A DNA stretch of 60,000 bases from Malacoraja senta (taxonomy: Eukaryota). Positions 50,310-60,000 of the stretch are shown piece after piece; positions within the stretch are counted from its first letter, which is position 1; the number at the start of each line of letters is the position of its first letter. The position numbers and the translations under genes were made by a program. The notes below the pieces were generated by a model. It saw only the letters and a list, made by a program, of their open reading frames with translations, had not been told where the DNA came from and did no database searches. The stretch spans positions 20,462,001 through 20,522,000 of the forward strand of contig CM075987.1 of NCBI GenBank assembly GCA_038087875.1. Reading direction: 5' to 3'.

Positions 50310-50347
<38 letters not shown>

Positions 50348-50410
50348 AACCCGGGTCTACGGCATTGAAAGCGCTGCAAGGCAGCAACTGTACTGCTGCG
50401 CCACTGTGCC
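50135..50410 (-). mobile_element. tRNA-derived SINE (V-SINE-like) with internal (GGGGTC)6 expansion
   Basis: Minus-strand head GGCACAGTGGCGCAGCAG and B box GGGTTCGACCCC. The body matches the 26810-27050 copy. Confidence 0.85.
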
Positions 50411-50466
50411 GTATGTGCGTCTTGTGTTCCAGGGAGAGCAAAACCCAGCCTATCTGATCTCTCCTT

Positions 50467-50782
50467 GTAGACACAAAAAGCTGGAGTAACTCAGCGGGAC
50501 AGGCAGCATCTCTGGAGAGAAGGAATGGGTGATGATTCGGGTCGAGACCCTTCTTCAGACCGGTTAGGGATAAGGGAAACGAGAGATATAGACGGTGATG
50601 TGGAGAGATAAACAACAATGAATGAAAGATATGCAATAAAGTAACGATGATAAAGGAAACAGGCCATTTGCAGGGTGAAAATGAGAAGCTAGTGCGACTT
50701 GGGTGGTGGAGGGATAGGGAGAGAATGCCGGGGCTACCTGATGTGGGAGAATTCAATATTCACGCCACTGGGCTGTAAATTG
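50467..50782 (-). mobile_element. Penelope terminal repeat with endonuclease C-terminal remnant
   Basis: Minus strand NLQPSGVNIEFSHIR* (compare SLHPGGLNVEFSQFC* of the 947-1879 element), followed by the same terminal repeat as at 22.3 and 47.2 kb. Confidence 0.85.
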
Positions 50783-52801
50783 TAACTGCAATGTGCCAAT
50801 GCAGGCAACAACCTGGTGAATGAATCTCCTCTGAACCATCTCAACGCAATCTCATTCTCTCCTATGGCAAACACCATCCATTTATACACAGTGAGTTCCC
50901 ACAACCTACAATATTAATGCTAACCAGATGATTTAACATAGAATCTGGAACAGTACAGCACAGGAAAATGCCCTCCAGCCCTCAATGTCCGTGCTGAACC
51001 TGATGCCAAATCCAACTCTCTTCGACCTACACATGATCTATATTCCTCTATTCCCTGCATACCCATGTGTCTATCCAGAAACCTGTTTGTGATGATGTTG
51101 TTTTAGAGTTAAATGTTGGGTAGGGCCGATTTAATGTCTTGCCCAAAATATCTCACATTTTGCATCTTTCTCCAAGTGTTGGGAGTCAATTGATAATTCC
51201 AAGGCAGAGTTTGCTTGGGAGAGTATCTATGGGTGAGTAGATGATACAGGCCAACCACAGTTCAAATGAAGAATGAAACTAACTTGAGCTTTTGAAGGAC
51301 GCGGTGTTTCTTCAGACAATGGTGCTGGAAAGGGCAAGTGCCAGCTGACAATGAAAACCTCCAACACAATGAGTGTACGCCAAAGATAGCAGGCAGTAAA
51401 TGGTGGCTAATATCCGACCTCTTACTCTGACTGCCCCCATGAATAACATCTCCACGGCCGTCCTTGCCTCACCCTAGCATAGCGATTCCCTTTGTCCCTC
51501 TCCCACCACCTCAGCGACCACAAACTATCATATCCAGTTCTGACTGAGATAAAATGTAATTATTTTTCTCTTTCCACTGAGTTTGCTTGGTGTGCCGAGT
51601 TTTTCTACCATTTCCTGATTTTGTTTCAGGTTTCCAGCATCTACGGGGTTTTGGTTCTCATTTGCTTTCCAAGTCTTGAATCTTGTGCTATTTCGCAGAA
51701 AGTGATGTGAAGGAACAGCCTGGACACTGCTTAGAAGAGAGTTGAATTGAATCCAGCCTTCTCTTCTATTACAAAGTCATTTGACACCCTCTGGTTTACA
51801 CAATAGCATAGAGGCCGCCATTGAAATGCTCAATAAAAAGAGGAGCACAATCCCCATTATTTGTCCTTGTTTGTATTGACTGTGAGAGAGAAAAAAGATT
51901 TTAGATGAAAACAAAGGAAATTGGCACAGTTTGGAAATGCAGCCTGTTTGACTGTTGGAGACCCAAGGATGAACTAAGTGAAGCATTTCAAATGTATGAA
52001 GAATTTGAAAGAGGAGGTAAAGAGTAACCATTTCCTCTGTATGTGGAGTCCAGCATGGGAGGATATGATGTTACAAACAGGACTGATGTCAGCATGTACT
52101 TCGTGGGGTGGAAGATTGCAACCTTCATGTGGTCCGCCCTGTTTCGACTAATGCAATCAACTCGACGTGCACAAACGGAAGATCAAATAGAACAAGTTGT
52201 CCAACAACTTTAGGCTGTGCACGCCACACGAAAGAAGAAGAAGCATGTACTCCACCACACAAGTGGATGTCTTGGTCCTTTTACTGGTACACATGACAAT
52301 AAACTCAACTGAACTCGATTGAAGAAGCTTTTAAGCTTGAGGATGAACCAACATCTTGAAAGATGTTATCAGGAAATGATTTTAAAAGGTAGATGTGTAT
52401 GTGAAGGCCAGTATGGATATAGTGGGCTGAAGGGTGATTTCATTGCTGTGTGGCTCTATATCAGATGAGTATTGTAGGGTCAGCATGGATATGGTGGGTT
52501 GAAGGGCCTGTTTCACTGCTGTGTGACTCTGAGATGGAGTCAAGGTGAGCAACTTCACCTCTTCTTTGAAATAGTGCCGTAAACATCTGTTACATTCATC
52601 AGGCAGGCCCACGGTTTAATGCAGCATTAGAAAGAAAGCAACTAACTGTGCAGCATTCCTTCTGTAGGTCAGCATTGATTTTCTGCTGAAATCTCCGGAC
52701 TTGGACTCACATCCTTCTACGCCAGAGCCTAACAATGCTGCCTATTGAACTGTGGCTGGTGTCATGATCCGCAGCTCAAACCCACAATCATCCACATCAG
52801 C

Positions 52802-52827
52802 GGGGGGGGGGGGGGGGGGGGGGGGGG
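52802..52827. repeat. Poly-G tract
   Basis: About 26 consecutive G. Another G run lies at about 55350-55368 inside a CR1 remnant. Confidence 0.9.
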
Positions 52828-55174
52828 CAGTTCTGTCGACGGCCCTTGTTTTTATTAACCAAAACATCCTGTGTGGTAAAGTTCTTCAGTGACGTTGTAT
52901 CGATGTGGAGCGATGCAAATGGTTGTGGTTGACTGAATATCATTTTCACAGCTCAGATGTGTTAAATAACGGCAATGAAAGCAAATAGAACTCTCTCTGG
53001 AGTTAATCATCAATTCTGCAATGTGTTCCAAGATGTGTTTGAAAGTGAACCTTTAAAATAAATGAAACGTGACGGTGTAAATGGTGCATGGCAAAGAGAC
53101 TTCAATCATCTTCCACCAACAGCTGCAATGCCTCCAGTCCTGGATGGGAACATTGCCCTCCACGATCGCCGTGCCTGAGAACTTTGCTTTATTTTGCTGG
53201 TAGGAAAGGATGTAGAAACGGTTTCCCTGCCAGCTCACCTTTCTGCTTCTTCAGTGTGACTTGAGTGCGACACATTCTGTGGTGCTGCTGGAGGTAAGAA
53301 TTTCATTGTTCTCTCTGGAACATATAATAATAATAATAATAATAATAATCATTTTATTTACTGGCGCCTTTCTAAAACCCAAGGACACCTTACAATGCAT
53401 AGAATCACAACAAAACAAAAAAAACACATAATCGGAATAAATTAAATTTAAAAAAAAACACCACAGTACACAAATCAAGGACAGAATTCAATTTCAAAAG
53501 CACCAAAAGAAAATAAGAAACACAATTTGACAATATATGACAATAAAACACTCTTGACACCATTTGCCTGAGCAACAATATTTAACCCCCGGGACCAGCT
53601 ATTCCTTGGTAACATCAGAGTATTAGACACTTAATATGGGAATATTGCCGATAATCCCAATCTGACACCAATCCGTTTACATTTCCAAAGCTCCTCACAA
53701 GACTTTAAGATTCAGGAAAATGCTTTGTGGCTGATATGGCCCGTCCCTTTAAGGCCTCTGTTAGTTGCTTGTAAGATGAGGGAGATGGGTTTGGGATGGG
53801 GCACATCATATGATCAATTAATTGTTCCTCTCATTGATTTCCTTGTGGAAAAGGTGCTTTTTACTCTTCTCCTTAGGATTGTTATTTGAGGGTCAGAAGC
53901 TAATGAATTCATTTTAATTTCACTTGATGTTTGACTGTTCAGTTATGTTTATTGGTAAGTCTTTTTTTTAAACAAAATTTGATGTGAAGGGTGAATTAAC
54001 TGTAAAACTGAAATTTATTTTTTGATGTTCAAAATATTGTCACAGTGAGTGATGTTAATTCTTTGTTTTATGAGTATGTGTGTGTTTGGGTATTTTTCCC
54101 CTGTTGAAGCAAAGCAGATCATATAACAGCCAAGTCTCTAATGGCTGTAGATCAACACAGGCTGAGGCCATTTGGCATGGAATTGTTTTAATGAGTGAAC
54201 TTAGTAGACACTCCCTTTCACTGGTACATATCGTACAGCAGTGGTGTTTGAAATGGCCTCCCTGAAGACCTTGAGAAGTAACACTTGGTAAACTCCTGCA
54301 GTGAGCTCGCAATCATGGGTCACAGTCCCAAGTCCCAGTTTTCTTGGAGTGCTTTGAAAATCTAGCATGGTAAATGTTTAAATATGGATATAATATTAAA
54401 TGGGAGGTCTGACATTATTGGGATTAATAGACCAGAGACTTTGAACTTGAATCCCATTTTCCCATTTTACAATCTGAAAGTTTGACTTTTTAAAAAAAAT
54501 TTCTGGACATATAAAAGGATAATTTCAGTAAATATGACATTGAAGCACTGGGGCTGTCGAACATCTAAACTGGTTCATTGATGTCTCTCGGTGGCAAGAA
54601 CCTTGTTGCATCGTGCATTGTGCTTGCCATTAAACTGTTCTGAAGCTGACCTAAAACACATTTGGTTTAACCACCACTGCTGATCAACTGAGGAAAGAGA
54701 ATAAGCCTGCAATGCCCTCACCCCAGGAATGAATAAGAGGAAATAAATTGATTGAGACAAAATAAAAATATGATGGGTAATGCTCAGACGATCTCAGTGC
54801 AATGTGACAAACATTTCTCTCCATGACTTTCCTGACATTTACTATTGTAAGGACACCTTTATTTGAACTAATGCACTGCTTGCTTGTCCTTTAATGCATT
54901 TAATTAAGTAATAATTTATGAGATTGCCACTTGAAGGTCAACAGATTATTTCCCTTATCACCATTACAAGATCCTGTTTACTTTGAAAGGCAGTTTAAAT
55001 TCTGTACATGCATCAATAATATCAATGGTCCTTAGCTATATTGTTGGAGTACGTACATAATGTCGTAGCATTCTCAGGCACTTTGGTACATTGTACTGTT
55101 TAATTTGTGTTTATAAACACAAGATGCTGTAGTTCATTAATCTTGCATTATCCAGTAACTGAGGAACCTGGATT

Positions 55175-55560
55175 ATAGGAGGCTGTGGAACGATCTTACA
55201 GAGGTTGATAAAATAATGAAGAATATAGATAAGGTGAATAACCATAGTCTTTTCCCCAGGGAATGGGAGTCTAAACCTACAGGCTGTAGGTTTAAGGCAA
55301 GAGGGGGAAAGATTTGAAAGGAATCCGAGGCACAACCTTGTTCACACAGAGGGGGGGGGGGGGGGGGGTGTATGTGGAGCGAGCTGCCGGAAGAAGTATT
55401 GGTGATGTGTATTATTATGCCATTTAAAGAACATTTGGGAGGAAAGGTTTGGAGGGATATGGTCCAGGCTCAGGCAAGTGGGATTAGCTTGGTTAGGCAG
55501 CTTGGCTGGCATGGACAAGTTAGGGGTGACGGGCCTGTTTCAGTGCTGTATATCTATGCG
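55175..55560 (+). mobile_element. Old CR1 3' fragment
   Basis: GATCTTACAGAGGTTGATAAAATAATGA...TTCACACAGAGGG...GGGCCTGTTTCAGTGCTGTAT. Confidence 0.75.
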
Positions 55561-56715
55561 ACACTGTGCTCTAAATGTATTGTGCCATCTTGTTTGTACA
55601 GTGTGATCGAGTGGGAATGAATATTGGTTGGGGCGAATATGACTGGTAGCTTATCTTATGAAGCTAAATTTGCTGTTACTCAGAAATGGAATATTTAAAA
55701 TATATATTTTCAAGAATTTAAACCATACTGTGTTAGAAATCCGTGTTAAACACTTGTTCATTGTGCATTTCCTCTTTGCTCTCTGACTGAGGGGCAATGT
55801 TCCTTCTCTGCCGTGATTGCTTTGTTCCCATCAAACATCGATTGCCTGAGCTGAATAATGCTTCGGCAACAATAATTAACTCCAGGGTCAGCTGTTCCTT
55901 ATTAACGTCAGTGTATGAGGCGCTTAACGTGGGAACATTGCAGATTATCCTCACCTGGGACCAAACAGATCTAGTTAATTGCTACAGGGCCCTGGATCAG
56001 TGGTCAGGCCACAATCGCACAAAGCAGCATCGCTCTTATGATTAACGTAAAATAAACAACCCAATTATGGAAACAATTTTGTTACACTTTATTTTTATAA
56101 TATAATCAGGTTTTCTTCCCACAGTCTAAGTAGATCTGAGGGACCAAGGCCATTGGCTCTTTTGGAACTGGAAAGAATGACTTTAACATTTAACACCAAG
56201 CTTGTTTTTTTACTGAGAACAATGAAATGTGGTGGAGTGAGTTCGACTGTTCCATACATTGATTGGACATTTTTTCCATTCATTTTTTGAGCCAGCATTT
56301 ATTGTGTGTTCCTAACTGTCCTTGGAGAAGCTGCAGCACTTCCGGTGAAGGTAGTTGCAATGTGCGCAGGGGGAAGGTAATTCCAGGAACAACGATCACT
56401 GATGCTGATGCATTTCCAAGTCAGGATGTTGTTCCACTTGGAGGGGGTGGTAATCCCATTTGCCTTGCTCCTTTGCTGCTTTCCTCCTTGATTGCTGGAG
56501 GTTTGGTCAGTGCTGTTGCAACGGTCTAGGTGAGTAACTCCAGCTCATCTTGTTCATTTCTCCAACACTGCGGCCACTGCAGTCTCCCAGTGTTGGAGGA
56601 ATGAACATTTAGGTGGTTTACAAGATGCCAATCAAGAGGACTACTTTTTCCTGGTGTAAAGTTTCGTGGGAGTTATTGGTGCTGCATTCATCTGGAGAAA
56701 TGAAGTGTATTCCTT

Positions 56716-56718
<3 letters not shown>

Positions 56719-56781
<63 letters not shown>

Positions 56782-56993
56782 AAATGCTGGAGTAACTCAG
56801 TGGGACAGGCAGCATCTCTGGAGGGAAGGAATGGGTGATGTTTAGGGTCGAGACGCTTCTTCTCTGGACTGAAAGAAGGGTCTCGACCTGAAACGTCAGC
56901 CATTCCTTCCCTCCAGAGATGCTGCCAGTCCCGCTGAGTTATTGCAGCATTTTGTGTCTATCTTTGGGTTAAACCAGCATCTACTGTTCCTTC
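56719..56993. mobile_element. (AT)n microsatellite (56719-56776) fused to a fold-back Penelope-derived element
   Basis: Arms at about 56777-56860 and 56873-56958 are inverted. TSD-like TTCCTTC(A/T)CAT at 56710-56720 and 56994-57004. Confidence 0.82.
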
Positions 56994-57337
56994 TTCCTTC
57001 TCATTCCTGATTTATGCCTTGTAGACAGTGGAAAGACTTTGAGTGTCAGGAAATTGGTCACTTGTCGTAGGATACAGGGTCGCTGACCTGCTATTGTAAC
57101 CATGATATGTATGTGACTGGTCACGTGAGTGTTAGGTAACCCTGTGATGTTACTGGTGATGGAAATGCCATTGAATATCAAACAAGAAATGATCTCTAGT
57201 TGAGATGGTTTTTGCTTGGCATTCTTGTGCAAAAACTACTTGCAACATGTCAGCCTGTGCCTCACTGCTGACCAGATCTTACTGTATACAACCAAGTGCT
57301 ACTCCATTTGCTGGGAAGTTGTGAATGAAATTGGAAC

Positions 57338-57628
57338 TCACCGAATAGTGAAAGGCCTGCATAGAGCGACTGTGGGGAGGATGTTTCCACTAGTGGGAGA
57401 GTCTAGGACCAGAGGCTATAGCCTCAGTATAAAAGGATGAACATTTGGAAAGGAGATGAGGAGGAATTTCTTCAGTCAGAGGGTGGTGAATCTGTGGAAT
57501 TCATTGCACAGGGGTTATGGGGAGAAGGCAGGAGGATGGGATTGAGAGGGAAAGATAGATCAGCCATGATTGAATAGTGGAATAGACTTGATGGGTTGAA
57601 TGGCCTAATTCTGCTCCTATAACTTATG
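57338..57628 (+). mobile_element. CR1 3' fragment
   Basis: RIVKGLHRATVGRMFPLVGESRTRGYSLSIKG followed by the 3'UTR. Confidence 0.85.
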
Positions 57629-58059
57629 AACATTGTGTGAACTCCTTGCTGATTCTGTGATGGAAGGAAGAGCATTGAAGATGGTTGGGTCTAAGCACTG
57701 CGCTGAGGATGGGATGATGGACTTTCAGTAACATCACCATCTTTCTTTGTGCAAGGTGTGACATTATCTCTGGAGCATTCTTCTTTTGATGTCCATTGAT
57801 TTAAGTTTTACCAGGTTCTTCATGCCACATTTGGTCAACTGGTGCCTTGATATTGAGGACAGTCATTCTGATAACACCTGGAGCCACAGACAAGCAGCAT
57901 GAAAACAACTTGGCAATGCTGACAAGCTGCCCCATCTACATTAGTCCCACCAGTCCACGTTTGGCCCATATCCCGCGAAACATTTTTTATCCATGTACTT
58001 GTTCAAATGTCTTTTAAATGTTGCTACAGTACCTGCCTCTACTACCTCCTATCTTGATT

Positions 58060-58350
58060 GGTTGGGCAGGTCGGCTGAGGAATGGTCGATGGTTTAATAC
58101 ATGAGAAGTTTGAGATGTTGCATTTTGGGAAGTCTAACCAGGGCAGGACCTAGGCAGTGAACGGCAGGGACCTGGGCGGTGTTGTAGGGAAGAGGGATGT
58201 AAGAGTGCAGGTACATTCCTTGAAAATGGCATCACTGGTAGATAGGGTAGTCAAGAAGACTTTTGGTATATTGGCCTTCATCAGTCAGAGTATTGAGTAT
58301 GGAACTTGGGATGTTATGTTACAGTGGTACAAGATATTGGTGAGGCCGGC
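58060..58350 (+). mobile_element. CR1 internal RT fragment
   Basis: VQVHSLKMASLVDRVVKKTFGILAFISQSIEY...LQWYKILVRP. Confidence 0.8.
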
Positions 58351-58909
58351 AGATATGCTGCCATTCAGCTGAGATCTTCAGCAAGGACTTCAGGTCCCCA
58401 AGACCATGTTTAGAAGAGAACTGAAGCTCCATTATCTGGTCTAACACGTATCCCTCACCCAACACCACTGGATTATTTGCTCATTAGTGGGATCTGAAAA
58501 TAGGAATTGTTTAAAGAAAAATCACGCCTGTAGTTGTTACTGGTGAGATTAGAATACCTGGCCTATCCCTAGCATCTCCTTAGCTTAATGGTAGTGAGGG
58601 AGCTTTTTCATGAACCACTGCAGTCCATGTGGTGGTGTTGTTCCCGCTTGTAGCATCTCATAGGTGGGACATTTGAGGTCCTGGTTGCCCTCCTGATAGT
58701 TCCCTCAATGTCATTTGGAAGGAAAGTGGACTTCTCCTGTGACCTTAACAACCAAAGCCACTTGCTCCTCTAACACCCCCAACCCCACTGACTCCATGTA
58801 CCACTGAATGCAGGAATAACTTCATCCCCTCTGTTAGCAGGTTACTGAATAGATCCCCCATGAGTTAATGATATTATGCCTATCTCCCAACCAACCTCAT
58901 TGTGGCCCT

Positions 58910-59070
58910 GTGTTTAAGAAGGAACTGCAGATGCTGAAAAATCGAAGGTGGACAAAAGTGATGGAGAAGAATATCAGACTGAAGAAGGGTTTCGGCCCGA
59001 AACGTTGCCTATTTCCTTCGCTCCATAGATGCTGCTGCACCCGCTGAGTTTCTCCAGCACTTTTGTCTAC
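58910..59070. mobile_element. Penelope-derived fold-back insert with hammerhead motif (58979-59006, +) and perfect 15-bp TSD
   Basis: CCTCATTGTGGCCCT at 58895-58909 and 59071-59085. CTGAAGA-A-GGGT TTCG GCCC-GAAA-CG-TT; same subfamily as the terminal repeat at 1751-1879. Confidence 0.88.
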
Positions 59071-60000
59071 CCTCATTGTGGCCCTTGTAGTTTTTTTAAT
59101 CTGCTCGCGTTTCTCTGTAACTGTGATGCTGTAACTGTATTGCAGTTTGTTATTTCTGTTCACACCACCTGTACTCGAGTACGGTTGGACTGTACTTGTG
59201 TTCAGCATGATTTGACTGATAGCATGCAAACACTTTTTCAATTTTTCAATTTTTTTCAATTTTTTGCCTCCCTGACAATAATAAACCGACACCAGCACTG
59301 AATCCGCCAACACAGCTTATTATCTTTTAAAGATTCTTGTGTGAGCAAACCCCTTGCACGGTTTTCTAAATATGATCCCCATGTGTTGCTGTGAACGGCA
59401 TTTTCCACAACACTCACACCTTTATCCAGCGTGTGGGAGGAGAAGGGAGTGGGAAGGGCATGACTCCAAGTCAATGTATTTCTTTCAATGTATAACAGGT
59501 TTTTATTACCCTTAATTAAATGAACATTATCATACAACCAGTAATTATTCATGACTGGAGTTCATTTATAACTACAGGCTTTTGACATTTTCTGAACATG
59601 CACGTGTGGAAGATAAAGAAAAGAAAACACTAATGGCCACTGTGACGAGCGAGTGGGAGGGAAAGGGATGTACTTCTCTATATTATTCTTCACCTGTAGA
59701 GGTTAGTGTTGTTAACGCTCCAGGATAGTCCTTCCAATTTAAAAAACATACCTTTATAATATATATGCAGGAAATACAATCGGGGCATGTCTTTCTCTAA
59801 AAAGACAGTGCTGGAGTAACTCCGACTGAAGAAGGGCCCTGACACAAAACGTCACCAATCCATGCTCTCCAGAGACGCTGCCTGATCTACTGAGATACTC
59901 CAGCATCTACAGTTCCTTGTTTCTCCATATTTCTCTACCTTTATTGAATCATAAAATCAATACATTCTCTTACAATACATCAGTGGCACTCATCTTTTCT

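Noticed and set aside
52090..52245. Possible RTE-type LINE 3' end with GAA tail (similar signal near 10725-10880)
   Set aside because: Only the tail and CpG content suggest it; no protein motif was recognised, so it was not called.
53053..53238. ORF with faint resemblance to uridine-cytidine kinase (NRFYILSYQQNKAK)
   Set aside because: The similarity is too weak, the splice structure does not match, and no other UCK exons were found.

Overview
Eukaryotic, repeat-rich vertebrate genomic DNA. The CR1, V-SINE-like and Penelope-like repeat content suggests a cartilaginous fish, probably a skate or ray (inference). Two spliced genes, mostly missed by the ORF track, were reconstructed by hand from GT-AG boundaries and frame continuity. 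(1) The 3' part of SH3GLB2 (endophilin B2, + strand) has 10 coding exons at 8594-33783, including in-frame microexons of 12, 24 and 15 nt; its 5' exons were not found and probably lie upstream of the window. (2) A complete PRRT1B (CD225/dispanin family, - strand) has 4 coding exons at 49382-40488, 750 nt, 249 aa, and is convergent with SH3GLB2. The rest is mostly transposon debris: CR1, Tx1-like and Rex1/Babar-like LINEs, tRNA-derived SINEs, a deleted Tc1 element and a TTAA-flanked MITE. The most striking non-genic signal is a family of roughly 15-20 short Penelope-derived inserts. They carry a minimal hammerhead-ribozyme motif (CTGAAGA-A-stem-GAAA-CG-TH), and several are fold-back inverted repeats bounded by their own 7-18 bp target-site duplications. 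No prokaryotic features or CRISPR arrays were seen.
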